A stretch of DNA of 64,000 bases from Octopus vulgaris (Eukaryota), in the NCBI GenBank assembly GCA_951406725.2, contig OX597837.1, positions 9,796,001 through 9,860,000 on the forward strand, given 5' to 3'. The notes beneath the pieces are model-generated. The model saw only the letters and a program-made list of their open reading frames with translations, did not search any database and had not been told where the DNA came from. The position numbers and the translations under genes were made by a program. Of this stretch, positions 41,218 through 54,839 are shown one piece after another (position 1 is the first letter of the stretch; each line of letters opens with the position of its first letter).

Positions 41218-42013
41218 GGTAAAATTTTGTATAACCAAAACATTGTTTTTTTGTTTTTGTTTTTATGTCATTTAATGTTCCATAATTGATTTATTAAATG
41301 GGTGAGTTGGCAAAAGCCGGAAAAAAATTGCTTTCCGGTAAAGTGTTCTGGTTCTTTATATTGCTAAGTTCAAATCCCGCTGAAACACGACTTTGACTTT
41401 CACCGGTCCAGGGTCCATAAAACAGGTATCAGTCTGTTACCAAGGTCGACGGAATTTACTGATCCCTTCTCTAAAATTGCTGACTTTGTACCAAAATTAG
41501 AAAGAATTGTTTTATTTGGTATTCAAAGGCAGCGAGTTGAAAGACTTGCTAAAGTGTTGAGAAAATGGCTTTCCGATATTTGTTCCGTCTCTTTACGTTC
41601 TGAGTTCAAATCCTGTCGAGGTCAACTTTAACTTTCATCCTTCCAGGGTCGTTAAATAGGCACCAGTCAAGTCCTGGGGTCGATGGAACCAACCTTCTCT
41701 TCCTCTCAAAATTCCTGGTTTATCGCTTTAAATTAGAAAATATTGATTTCAGATTTTGACAGAAGGCCAAAAATCCAGGGGAATGAGTAAGTTGATAATA
41801 TAGACCCTAGTATTCAACTGGTACTTATTTTATCGAACCCGAAAGGATGAAAGATAAAGTCGGCCTCAGCGGAATTTGTATATACTAGTTTATATGTAAT
41901 TATATATATATATATATTTCTGTGTGTGTACGTGCGTGTGTATGGTGTGCATGCGTGTATGTATGTTTATGTATATATTATATACATACGCACAATATAT
42001 ATGTAAGTATATA

Positions 42014-42053
<40 letters not shown>

Positions 42054-42116
42054 GAGTGTGTGCATGTGCATGCGTGTCTGCGTGTGAATGTAGTCGATAT
42101 ATGTATAATATATACA

Positions 42117-42155
<39 letters not shown>

Positions 42156-42299
42156 CATATTTTGTGTATATATACTTATTTGTATATATATGTGTGTGTG
42201 TGTGTGTGTGTTTGTGTGCATACGTCCACGTGATTGTGTATCTGTATGCATGTAGTGTATATATATATATAGTGAACGATAGAGAGACACAGAGAAAGG

Positions 42300-42404
<105 letters not shown>

Positions 42405-42879
42405 GAAAAGAAAGAAAGAAAGATAGGTAGATGAATTTTAAAAAAGTACGTGAAACTTGTAGATACTGAAGTATCAGTTAAAATAGCAGCAACATACAAA
42501 CTGTTTAATTTGCCAGGAAGTAATGTTTGGTTCTGTGCAGGATAATTGGTAATATGATCGTCTACTAAGTTGTTTTCTGTCTCAAAATCCTTCTTTTAAT
42601 CTCCATAATCATGTATTTTAGAATCCTACACATTAATTTCTGATTAGATCTTAAAGATATGCTTGTGTGAACTCGCGCGTATTTATGTAACCACATACAT
42701 CCATACATATATACATATATATACATACATATATACATACATACATATATACATATAATGCATACATACATACATATGTATATATATATATATATATATA
42801 CACATGTGTGTATACATATAAATATATGTAAATATGTATATACATACATATATGTATATATATATATATGCATATGTAA

Positions 42880-42920
<41 letters not shown>

Positions 42921-42990
42921 CACACGTGTGTGTATATGTATAAATATATGTAAATATGTATATACATACATATATGTATAAATATACATA

Positions 42991-43053
<63 letters not shown>

Positions 43054-43719
43054 ATGTGTGTATATGTTTGTGTGTCTGTGTTTGTCCCCCCTCAACATCG
43101 CTTGGCAACCGATGTTGGTGTGTTTACGTTCCTGTAACTAACTGGTTCGGCAAAAGAGTTCTGACAGAATAAGTACTAGGCTTACAAAGAATATGTCCTG
43201 GGGTCGATTTGCTCGGCTAAAGGCGGTGCTCCAGCATGGCCACAGTCATATGATTGAAACAAGTAAACGAGTAAAGAGAGTAAAGCGTATACATACATGC
43301 ACAACTATGTATGTATATCTTTAATCTTTCACTAGTTTCAGTCATTTGACTGCGGCCATGCTGGTGCACCGTCTGGAGGAATATCAGTCGAATGAATCGA
43401 CTCCAGTGCTTTTTTAAGCCTGGGGCCTAATCTATCGGTCTTTAAGGCCGAGCCGCTAAGTTACAGGAACGTCAAGAGGACACATATAGACTGTATTCGT
43501 ATGACGCACACTATAAGATGGAGAAAAAAGGGTAGGTGTATGACGTTTCGGAGAATAGTCCTTCGTCAGAAAGAGGAGATAGAAAAGGTACGGTGAAGGA
43601 AAAAAGTCCAAGCACGTGCACGGTTAAATATGGGATTGTCTCCCTTGTCAGCTCATTAAGATTTTGCCTTTGTTGCTATTAAGTTGTACTGTATATGTAT
43701 ATATTCATATATTTATGTG

Positions 43720-43757
<38 letters not shown>

Positions 43758-43814
43758 AATATATATATAAATATATATTCATATATTCATGTATATATAC
43801 ATACATATATATAT

Positions 43815-43861
<47 letters not shown>

Positions 43862-43894
43862 CATATACACATAAATATATATATATATACATAC

Positions 43895-43927
<33 letters not shown>

Positions 43928-44140
43928 CATATACACATAAATATATGAATATATACATATACATACATGTATATATGTACATGTATGTATATGTATATAT
44001 TCATATATTTATGTGTATATGTATATATATATACATACGTACATACATACATACATACATACATACGTACATACATACATACATGCATACATACATACTT
44101 ACACACATGTACATTTTGTCTCTTTGTTTTTCCTTTGTAG

Positions 44141-44292
44141 TATCGTTGAACTCAATCGGATGCATCGTGTTCGTCCTGGAACTTCCAGGCAGCCAACATT
44201 ACTCTTGGTCCTACATTGAGATTCTCTGTGCTTCCGGCCTCAGCATTTTCGCCTCGTTTCTGACCGTCATGGAGGTCAGAAAGTTGGACTGA
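44141..44292 (+). CDS. Claudin/PMP-22/EMP-like protein, coding exon 3 of 3 (stop)
   Basis: Acceptor TTTGTTTTTCCTTTGTAG|, phase 1; (V)[54 protein letters not shown] matches the family Y-G-W-S-[FY] motif before TM4. Total CDS 519 nt, 172 aa. Confidence 0.85.
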
Positions 44293-44398
44293 AGAGCAAC
44301 GGGACGAGCAAGAATTCACAATGAGAACATTGCTAAAGCAATCGCCGTCATCATCATCATCATCATCAACGTCGTCGTCGTCGTCGTCGTCGTTGTCA

Positions 44399-44429
<31 letters not shown>

Positions 44430-44613
44430 CCTGCTAAAGGTACAAGGCGTGGAATTTGAAGGGAAAGGAATGGTGGATCACATCGATCTCAGTACACAAC
44501 TGGTACTTCATTTATCGAGCCCCGAAAGGATGAAAGGCAAAGTCGACCTCCGCGGAATTTGAACTCAGAACGTAAGGTCAGTTGAGATGCCACGAAGCAT
44601 TTTGCAGCATTTC

Positions 44614-44891
44614 GGAAACCCCAAAATGGCAGAAATTCAAAAGATAGTGCTCATGGGAACTGCACATATCCTACGCAAAATACTCTCTATGTAATCCCAA
44701 GGTTTAAAACAACCTTTTTTTCTTTTTTTAATATATGTAATAGACATTCACTAATACAACGCCAAAAAAAAACCCAAATATATGGCACACTAGGCATAAC
44801 AACAACGTGAACTTCCAACCTGTTGTCTCTTGAGGTCTCTGGGTGAGACTTGGAGCCAACTTGTACAGACATAAAGCAAAAGTCAAACAAA

Positions 44892-44970
<79 letters not shown>
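44614..44970 (+). pseudogene. 3' end of an R4/Dong-like LINE ending in (TAA)n
   Basis: GNPKMAEIQKIVLMGTAHILRKILSM* (stop 44692-44694), ~200-bp 3' UTR, then an (AAT)n tract; Dong-type elements are known to target TAA repeats. Confidence 0.75.
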
Positions 44971-44972
<2 letters not shown>

Positions 44973-45481
44973 TGAGAACATTAATAATAATAATTTCAAA
45001 TTTTGGCTCAAGGGCAGATATTTTGGGGGAGAGGTAACTCGGTTACATGGACCCAAGTGCTGAACTGATACTTAATTTCACCGACCCCGAAAGCATGAAA
45101 GGACAAAGTCCACCTCGGCGGAATTTCAACTAATTTGAAAGTAAAAATCGGATGAAATGTCGCTTGCCTGGCGTACCAACGATTCTGCCGGGGGTCGCCG
45201 TCTTAATATTAATTTTTTTTTAAATCCTTCCTACTGTAAGATACAAGGCGTGGAATTTGAAGGGAAAGGAATGGTGGATCACATCGTCCTCAGTACGCAA
45301 CTGGTACTTCATTTATCGACCCCCGAAAGGATGAAAGGCAAAGTCGACCTCCTCGGAATTTGAACCCGGAACGTAAGGTCAGTTGAGATGCCACGAAGCA
45401 TTTTGCAGCATTTCGAAATGTGATGATGATGATGATGATGATGATAATAATAATAATAATAATGATAATAATAATAATAAT

Positions 45482-45531
<50 letters not shown>

Positions 45532-45755
45532 CGATGATGATGATGATGATGATAATTGGTTTCGAATTAAGGCTCGTGGTCAGTCATTTTAACGAAAGGG
45601 GTTTAAGTTCATTACATCGGCACCCGGTTTTGAGTGCTACTTAATTTTATCGGTCACGAGAAGTCCGAAGACGAAGATGATATCGGCTAAGGATATGTGT
45701 TGCAAAAGCATTTTGTCCGACGCGCTGACGATTCTGCCAGCTCGATTATGATGAC

Positions 45756-45815
<60 letters not shown>

Positions 45816-46659
45816 GATGATGATGATGATGATGATGACGATGATTATTATGATGATGATGATGACGAGGTTTACGATGACGACGGCGATGATAATGGTG
45901 ATGATGATGATGATGATGTTGCTGCTGCTGCTACTGCTTCTGCTGCTGCTGATGATGCTGATGATGATGATGATAATGACGAGGTTTACGATGACGACGG
46001 CGATGATGATGCTGCTGATGATGATGATGATGTTGCTGCTACTGCTTCTGCTGCTGATGATGATGATGACGAAGACGACGACGACGACGATGGTGATGAT
46101 GACGACGATGATAACGATTATGATGATAATAATGACGACGTCTATGCTGACGACGGCGATGATGGTAATGGTGATGATGAACATTAAATGGATGACCTAT
46201 GATAATACGAGTGACAAAGGCGGCCATATTGAAGAAAATGAAATTAAATTTTTATATCACGAAAACAAGGAAATAAACAAAAACAAAAAAAGAAAACGAA
46301 AACAAAGGGAAAAAGAAAGGAAGATGAGTGCTGTGGTACCAAACAAAATAAATCCCATATCAAAGCAAAGGTAAACTACGAACCTAATCCCTGACCGTAC
46401 CCCGCCGGGCTCCCATCCAATTACTGGTACACTACAGTATTAACGCAACCACCGAAGTGATAAAAGTTAAAACTGTCCCGTGGTGAGATTCGAACCCGGA
46501 ATGTACAAGTTTGGAAACGCATCTATTCAGAGGCACTTTATAGCATCTGAATTCTTTTACAGCGTTCGGCAACATAACTGGCCATGCTGGAACACTGCTG
46601 TTTAAGCGAACTTTATCGCTGTAATAATAATAACAATAATAATAATAATAATGATGATT

Positions 46660-46694
<35 letters not shown>

Positions 46695-46969
46695 ATTGAT
46701 GATGATGATGATGATGATGATATTGATGATGATGAGGAGGAGGAGGATCATGATGATGATAATGAGGATGATGATGTTGATGATGATGATAATAATAATA
46801 ATAATAATAATAACAATAATGATGCTGATGATGATGATGAGGAGGAGGAGGAGAAGAAGAAGAAGAAGAAGAAGAAGAAGAAGAAGAAGAAGAATGATGA
46901 TGATGATGATATTGATGATGATGATGATGATGATGATGATGAGGAGGAGGAGGAGGAGGAGGATAATCC

Positions 46970-47747
46970 TTTCTAAAATTTAGGTTGAGGAGAGGGCTAG
47001 TCGATTACATCGACTCCAGTGTTTAACTGGTACTTATTTTATAGCGACCCCGAAAGGGTGAATTGCGAAGTTAACCTCGGCGGAATTTGAACTCAAAGCT
47101 TAGAGGCAGACGCTAAGCATTTTGGTCGACATGTTTAACGATTGTGCCAGCGGCGAACGGGCAGATTCACAACAAACAGCAGCAACACCAACAGCAGCAG
47201 AAGCAGCAGCGATAACAACAACAACAACAACAACAACAATAACAGCAGATGTAACAACTACATCAACAACAACAACAACAGCTATGATTTCGGTTTCAAA
47301 TTTTGGCACAAGGCCAGCACTTTCGGGGAAGATGCTACGTTGATTACATCGTCCCCCAATGTTTAACTGGTACTTTTTCCATATCGACCGCGAAAGAATT
47401 AAACGACAAAGTCGTTCTCGGGAGGAATTTGAACTCAAAACATAAAAACAGACGCCAAGCACTTTGTTCGGCAACATAACGATTCTGCCAGAGGCGACAC
47501 GGCACTTGAACAACAACAACAACAATAAGCATAATTTCGGTTTCAAATTTTGGCACAAGGCCAGCAATTTCCAAGGATTGGCTAAGTCGTCTCACATCGA
47601 ATCTAGTGCTCAAACTAGTACTTTGTTTATCGACCCAGGAAAGGATGAAGGGCAAAGTCGACCTCGGCGGGATTTGAACTCAAAACGTAAAGGCAGCCGC
47701 TAAACATTTAGTCCGACATACTAACGCAAGCCTGCAAAATTACAAGA

Positions 47748-47779
<32 letters not shown>

Positions 47780-48020
47780 GGTGGTGGTGGTGGCGGTGGT
47801 GGTTCTTTCTAACTTTGGAACAAGGCGAGCGATTCTGAGGAGAAAGGACTAATCGATTACATCGACCCCCCCACTCCCCACTCGGCCTCTATATATGATT
47901 GGTACTTTATTTTCATTGATCCCGAAAGGATGAATGGCTAAGCTGACCCCGGCGGGATTTGAAACCATAAAACGTAAAGAGTCGGAATTATAAACCTCAA
48001 GGCCTTTTTGTCCGACATCC
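46970..48020 (-). mobile_element. Cluster of about four diverged family-B SINEs interleaved with trinucleotide repeats
   Basis: Repeated GATTACATCGAC...CTGGTACT...GAATTTGAACTC modules, each preceded by an (AAC/GAT/GGT/GAG)n tract. Confidence 0.75.
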
Positions 48021-48533
48021 TAAAGAATAAGGAGTCGGGTTTTACAAAGGTACAAGATCAGCGAAATGCTATTGTTTTGTTCTGCGAGGGAAGAGCGAGA
48101 TGATGAGGAAGAGGAGGAAAAGCTGCCTATATTATACAGAATATTTAACTGGTACTCTTTTTGTTGACGCCAAAAGATTGAATCATAAAGGAAGGGCACG
48201 CGTGGATTTTGAACTAATGATCTAAAGAGATGCAGCTTTATACCTTCTCCTACCTTTTACCAGTTCCGCAAACCCCACAGCAGTTTTTTTTTTTTTTAAT
48301 CAAAATAAAAAAATTTTCCGAAAATATTCATAAGGCTACAAATTTGGAGAGAAATGGTTACTAGGTTCGACTAATCAACTTCAATACTGATGGTATATTT
48401 TTTTGAACTCCAGAAAGATGACCAGGGTGAAATACGAACTTAGAATGTACTCGTAAAGGTACCTTGGTACTCTAACGATTTAGCTAAGCGTTTTAATAAT
48501 CCACCAAATATAGTATCATCATTAATCATCGTA

Positions 48534-48882
48534 ATCGACCCCAGTGATTAACTGGTACTTATTTAATCGACCCCCGAAGGATGAAAGGCAAAGTCGACCT
48601 CGACGGAATTTGAACTCAAAACGTAGCGGCAGACGAAATACTTATTTCTTTACTACCTACAAGGGGGCTAAACACAGAGAGGACAAACAAGCACAGACAG
48701 ACGGATTAAGCCGATTACATCGACCCCAGTGCGTAACTAGTACTTATTTAATCGACCCCGAAAGGATGAAAGGCAAAGTCGACCCCGGCGGAATTTGAAC
48801 TCAGAACGTAGCGGCAGACGAAATACCTATTTCTTTACTACCCACAAGGGGCTAAACACAGAGGGGACAAACAAGGACAGAG
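48534..48882 (-). mobile_element. Family-B SINE tandem multimer
   Basis: Three partial copies joined at AGACGAAATAC|(C/T)TATTTCTTTAC. Confidence 0.85.
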
Positions 48883-49294
48883 GTGATTTTTTAAAATGAG
48901 AATATCTTAAATAAACTCGACTGCTCTCACAAATAAGAATACTAAAAATGAACCCGACTGCTCTCAAAAGAGAAAATAGAGTCATGAGGAAATAAAGACA
49001 AGTTGCACAGACCTGGATACCATTCAGCCGCAGTGTTGCAATATTAAGCAAAACAAGTATTCTTCCTGCGATTTTCAGACGTATGATCAAATTCCTTTTA
49101 AGGAACTTCATCAAACACCATGTTGATAGCTAATAAATGAGAGCTGACGTCAAGGATCACATGAAAATGTAGCGCTAGCAACTTATACCATCAACAACCA
49201 TTTCTTCTTAATACGAAGTTGTGTACAAACAAGAAAATGGCCGACTTAATAAAACCGTGGTTCATGATATATATATATATATATATATATATAA

Positions 49295-49649
49295 CTAGCA
49301 CTATGACCCGAGTGCATGCATATACAGCTGCATGTGTGCGCACAAACACGCGAGTACTGTCCAAATCTCCGACCAATCACATACAGTTAACTGGCATTCA
49401 ATTGGCGTATCAAGTTTCGGGCATTTTGATTGGGTTTTGGATAGAAAATTCACAAAAAAAGTTACTTCTATTGATTTTTTAATGGCTTTGCGGGGGTGAC
49501 TGGAGAAATGTAAAGATATACACAACCACCCTTGGACGGTTTTGAATGACCATAGAAAGTGCGAGCCCTCTAACTGAAAAAATGTGGATTTGTATAAAGG
49601 ACACGCACACACAGACAGACATTTTGCCGTTTATATATATATATATAGA
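49295..49649 (-). mobile_element. Non-autonomous Helitron
   Basis: Minus strand TC(TA)nAACGGCAAAATGTCTGTCTG ... CTCGGGTCATAGTGCTAG|T; termini resemble those of 39846-40231. Confidence 0.7.
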
Positions 49650-50300
49650 TTATATAATTTGAATACACGTGGTGTGTAAAGGTGCGAGTCGTTGTATATT
49701 AGAAAGCCTTAGCTGTGATATGAAATCCTAAGAATGTAAATATAATTACTTAACTGCGTTCTATGCAGAAAAATGTGAAAATATGATCCTGGCAAATCAT
49801 TTCTGAGTTCGTTCCCCTCTTCTTACAAGAGCTTAAAACATTTAACTGCCACATAAATCAGTAATACCTGAAGGCGTTATTGCAGTGGATAACTTTATTT
49901 GCATATCTGTACTATAAACGGCTTGTCACTAATTAAGCAATATATATATATGTTATTAATTAATTAAGCAATATATATGTTATTCATATGTTATTAAGCA
50001 ATATATATGTTATTCACAACATGGTGTGGATCAGAAGAACTAGAATGATCTGAAAGTTTTAAAAGACCTACATGTGGTAGGAAATTATTACAATGTAGAC
50101 ATATTCATTATATGCTTTAGGTGTGAATAAAACTTTAAGGTGAAATTCCTGGTGAACCGTGACGAATTTGCTGAGCATTCCTCGGAGGATACGAACCTGG
50201 TTTCCTGTCTAACAGTCATACAGACAGGCATATACAAACGCACAACAGCATTTGCATATTATATCTGTGTGTGTGTATGTATATATATATATATATATTA

Positions 50301-50372
<72 letters not shown>

Positions 50373-50381
50373 GATGCATAC

Positions 50382-50425
<44 letters not shown>

Positions 50426-50622
50426 GTGTGTGTGTGTGTGTGTGTGTGTTAATGTGAATGTATGTGTGCGCATGAGTGTGTGAGTGTTTGCGTATTTATT
50501 ATAACATATATTTACATATAGATTTGTACTATATATACATACACATAAAATGTATATAAAAATACATATAAAAAATATATATATAGAGAGAGAGAGAGAT
50601 ACACAAACATACACACACACAG

Positions 50623-50657
<35 letters not shown>

Positions 50658-50892
50658 CATGCATATGCATGTGTGTGTGTATGTATACATGTATACAAAC
50701 ATACACACACACATACACACACATACACACACATACACAGACACACACATATATATATATACACATACATATAGGGCGTTTGGGCTGTATATGACAGTTT
50801 GCGTAAAAGGAAAAGAAATCCTATCCAAAAAGTAGGTGTTTTAAATTTTTTTTTTGTAAATTCCAACTGGATCAATACTGAGAGATAACAAT

Positions 50893-51019
50893 TTACTCAA
50901 AGTAGCGGCCCTCAGCGTCCACTACGGCCTCAAGTTGGCCCCAAAACCTGGAAAGATCTTCGAACACCTTCTTCCAGTAATCGCTGGGCATTGAGCAGCA
51001 ATCGTGATGTCGGTGTTTT
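50893..51019 (-). pseudogene. Tc1/mariner-type transposase C-terminal remnant
   Basis: ...KKVFEDLSRFWGQLEAVVDAEGRYFE* resembles the 'RLEAVI.A.GGY.E*' end of Tc1-like transposases. Confidence 0.55.
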
Positions 51020-51031
51020 GATACCTGGCAT

Positions 51032-51048
51032 GTACTTGCTTCGGCAGT

Positions 51049-51083
<35 letters not shown>

Positions 51084-51139
51084 TAGCATGGCCCCCGCGC
51101 AAGGATGACACGCAAATTCGTGAAGCGTTCCATATTTTT
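51032..51139 (+). pseudogene. RNU6: Full-length U6 snRNA copy, probably a processed retrocopy
   Basis: GTACTTGCTTCGGCAGTACATATACTAAAATTGGAACGATACAGAGAAGATTTAGCATGGCCCCCGCGCAAGGATGACACGCAAATTCGTGAAGCGTTCCATATTTTT. ACAGAGA box and AGC triad are present. Relative to vertebrate U6 there is an extra T (GATTTAGC) and CCCCCG for CCCCTG. No TATA-like box upstream. Confidence 0.95.
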
Positions 51140-51144
51140 CTAAA

Positions 51145-51377
51145 GGCGGCGAGCTGGCAGAACCGTTAGCACGCCGGGCGAAATGCGTAGCCATATTTCG
51201 TCTGCCGTTACGTTCTGGGTTCAAATTCCGCCGAGGTCGACTTTGCGCATTTCATCCTTTCGGGGTCGATTAAATAAGTACCAGTTTCGCACTGGGGTCG
51301 ATGTAATCGACTTAATCCGTTTGTCTGTCCTTGATTGTCCCCTCTATGTTTAGCCCCTTGTGGGTAGCAAAGAAACA
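51145..51377 (+). mobile_element. Full-length family-B SINE fused to the U6 copy
   Basis: GGCGGCGAGCTGGCAGAA...GTTCAAATTCC...TGTGGGTAGCAAAGAAACA; U6 and SINE together are bracketed by GATACCTGGCATGTA (51020-51034, 51378-51392). Confidence 0.9.
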
Positions 51378-51637
51378 GATACCTGGCATGTATGGTCATG
51401 GTACAGGTAACTCTTTTGCAATATTCAGATCGCTCCCAGCTCTCTATCTCAGCTAACTTTTCCTCAACTACAACTTAAATCTTTATGCTCTCCAACGCCG
51501 TTGATGACTGTTCACTAATGCATCAAGCTGTTTCTCCCAAAAAGAGACAAAGAAATCGTCAGATTCAGCCCGAATACCCTGTGTGTATGAGTGTGTGTGT
51601 GCGTGTATGTGTGTGTGTGTGCATGTATGTATATATG

Positions 51638-51670
<33 letters not shown>

Positions 51671-51757
51671 GTATATATTTATATATATATATATATACAT
51701 ATATATGCATATATATATGCATATATATACATATATATGTGCACACACACACACACA

Positions 51758-51790
<33 letters not shown>

Positions 51791-51866
51791 TATGTGTATA
51801 TATGTATATATGTATATATATATATATGTGTGTATATATGTATATATGTATATATATATATGTGTG

Positions 51867-51905
<39 letters not shown>

Positions 51906-52674
51906 GTATGTATGTATCTATCTATACACACACACACACACATACACACATATATATATGTTTGTGTGTATGTGTGTGTGTGTGTATTTCTTTTATTAGT
52001 TTTTTATCGATAAAATATGAATATAAACAAATGTATAAAGAAACAAACAAAAAAGAGACAACAGCTGTACAAATATACAAAACAAAGTCTTTTTTTTTAA
52101 AAAAAAAACAACAATGTTATTTTCTACTTTTTTTTATTCCTTTATACTTTTTACCATATTTTTTTTTATGTATTGGCCTTATTGAGGCACACTTGATGCG
52201 AAAGGAAATAAAATTAAAATTTTTTTCAAAGATCAAAGTGTTTCGAATTTTTGTTTGTTTTGTTTTGTAACAAAAAAAAAACAGAATAAATAAACTTGAA
52301 CAAAAAAAGAAAAAAAACTGGAAAATATTTTATGATAACTAATTGCTCTTGTTGTTGTTGTTGTTGTTGTTGCTGTTGATGACGAAGATGATGATCGTGG
52401 TCATGTTGTTAATGATGATGATGATGACGACGACGATGATTATGATGATGATGATGATGATGATGATCGTGTTGATGTGGTTCAGGATGACGATGATGAT
52501 GATAATGATGATGATCATGGTCATGTTGTTGTTAATGATGATGATGATGATGTTGATGATGATGTTGATGTTGATGATGATTCGTAAGACTCGCAGAAGA
52601 GAAAGCAGGTCAGCCCCCGACACCGAGAGCATCGAGGGATGGATGAATGCGCATCCAGGCTCAGCGGTTGCATA

Positions 52675-52885
52675 GGAAGTCGGGGACAAGAAACAGGAAG
52701 AAAGAGTGAGAGAAAGTTGGAGTTAAAGAGTACAACAGGGGTCGCCACCACCCACCCCTTGCCGGAGCCTCGTGGAGCTTTAGGTGTTTTCGCTCAATAA
52801 ACACACACAACGTCCGATCTGGGAATCGAAACAACGATCCTCCGACCGCGAGTCCGCTTCCCAAACCATTGGGCCATTGCGCCTC
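52675..52885 (-). mobile_element. Family-C SINE
   Basis: Near-identical organisation to 8185-8390. Confidence 0.8.
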
Positions 52886-53142
52886 TTTTTGTTGCTGTTG
52901 TTGTTATTCTTGTTCATAGTCGTAGAAGTGGCTGTGTGGTAAATAGCTTACTTACCTTTGTCGTGGATAGACGTGTTTTTTGGGGGTGAGTCAAATGTTT
53001 TGTTGAACGTTGGAAAACTTTTCTATTGGAATTGTTGTTTATTGTTGAATATTTTCGAACTGTTGAACATTGTTGAACTTTGAAAATTTTTGTACTTTTT
53101 CCCGTCGACGGGAAAAAGTAATTGTTGAAATATTGAAATTAT

Positions 53143-53302
53143 GGATCTTTTCCTTTTGATAGCCAGATTTCAACACAATTTCTAGTTAACTAAACACTTT
53201 AAAACTTCGTATACTGGTAGAATGTGTCAAAAGAAAACATTATTTTCACTTGGCTTTTTTGATAAATTTAGTTAAAATCTGGCTATCAAAAGGAAAAGAT
53301 AC
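53143..53302. mobile_element. GGATC-terminated MITE, 8-bp TSD (Merlin-like), short copy
   Basis: TIR GGATCTTTTCCTTTTGATAGCCAGATTT / AAATCTGGCTATCAAAAGGAAAAGATAC; TSD GAAATTAT/GAAATAAT. Confidence 0.75.
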
Positions 53303-53340
53303 GAAATAATTAATATTATTAATATTGAACTTATTAAAGT

Positions 53341-54070
53341 CGTTGTAGGCTTTATTGTCGTGCCCCCCCCCACCACCACCACCACCACCACGGGGTGGAA
53401 TTTGGACTGTTATCCTCATTAAGAGGAAAAGAAATATTATAGGTTTCCCGTTTTGGGTGATAAGCAATTTATTATTGCGTGAAAAATTAAATTTTAGCCG
53501 TTGTAGGCTCTATTGTGGCATCCGCCCCTAGCGTGGGCGAGATTTGAACTGTTGTCCTCGTTGTGAGGAAAAAAAATATTATAGGTTTCCCGTTTTTTTG
53601 GATTCTATATTTTACTATTGTGTTAAAAAAAAATTAATTTCGAACGTTGTAGGCTTTGTTGCTAGGTCTTGCCCCCCAGCTGGGGTGGGATTTGAACTGT
53701 TGTCCTCATCAAGAGGAAGAAATATCATAGGTTTCCCGTTTTGGGGGATAAACAATTTATTAGTGCGTGAAAAATTAAATTTTAGCCGTTGTAGGTTCTA
53801 TTGTGGCATCCGCCACTAGCGTGGGCGAGATTTGAACTGTTGTCCTCGTTGTGAGAAAAAAAAATATTATAGGGATCCCGTTTTGGGGATACTGTATATT
53901 TATTACTGTGTGAAAAATTTAATTTCGAACGTTGTAGACTTTGTTGCTAAGTTTCGCCCCCCGGCGGGGGTGGGATTTGAACTGTTGTCCACGTTGAGAG
54001 AAAACAAAAAGCAAAAAATTATAGGTTTCCCATTTTCTGGGATTAAATTGTGATTAATTTATTTCGAACG
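53341..54070. repeat. Tandem repeat of ~144-bp monomers arranged as a 288-bp dimer
   Basis: The motif GATTTGAACTGTTGTCC...ATAGGTTTCCCGTTTT recurs about five times; alternate monomers are more alike (ORFs at 53544 and 53832 are 288 bp apart). Confidence 0.8.
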
Positions 54071-54295
54071 AATTATGTCGGTCGAAATAATTCAAGAAAC
54101 AAACCAGCTGCATGAGTCAGCAAAAAAGTTCGCGGCAGTAACCGCTGTATCTTGTAAAAATGTTGTAATAGAAACGGGGACGCAATCACACCAGCATCGG
54201 TTGTCAAGCGAAGCTGGTGTGATTGCGTCCCCGTAACTTAGCGGTTCAGCAAAAGTGACCGATAGAATAAGCACTAGGCTTACAAAGAATAAGTC

Positions 54296-54631
54296 GGATC
54301 TTTTCCTTTTGAACGGCACATGTCAACACAATTTCTAGTTAACTAAACACTTTAGTTCACTAAAAATTTAGGGTTAGGGTGATGTTTAGGGTTAGTGACA
54401 GGATGTTGTCTCAGTTTTAGACGCAGCAAATGATTTTAGCTCAATTAGAGGCGATTCATTGGTTAAAATTCGAAAAATTAAACTACGTTAAACAAACGAA
54501 TTACAATTTTATCAAGAAAGCCAAGAGAAAAAAATGTTTTATTTTGACACGTTCTACCAGTATACGAAGTTTAAAAGTGTTTAGTTAACTAGAAATTGTG
54601 TTGACATGTGCGGTTCAAAAGGAAAAGATCC
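54296..54631. mobile_element. GGATC-terminated MITE inserted into a family-A SINE
   Basis: ~58-bp TIRs GGATCTTTTCCTTTTGAAC...; TSD AATAAGTC (54288-54295) / AATAAGAC (54632-54639); the SINE continues on both sides. Confidence 0.85.
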
Positions 54632-54839
54632 AATAAGACCTGGGGTTGATTTGCTCGACTAAAGGCGGTGTTCCAGCATGGCTGCAATCAAATGTCTGCA
54701 ACAAGTAAAAGAGTAAAAGAGTCCTTTTCAGAACTCACCCGGTAGGTCAACGGGCAAAGGTCATTTCACCTCTTTCCAGTTCCAGTCTTGATTTCGAGGA
54801 CGTTTGGTTAGTATTTCTAGCTTGTCGAATAACCATGTT

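Noticed and set aside
51032-51139. Functional U6 snRNA gene
   Set aside because: No upstream TATA-like element, enclosed in a TSD with a SINE, and carries an extra T next to the catalytic AGC; treated as a retrocopy.
54367-54397. TTAGGG telomere-like repeats
   Set aside because: Only three to four imperfect copies inside a MITE; not an interstitial telomere array.
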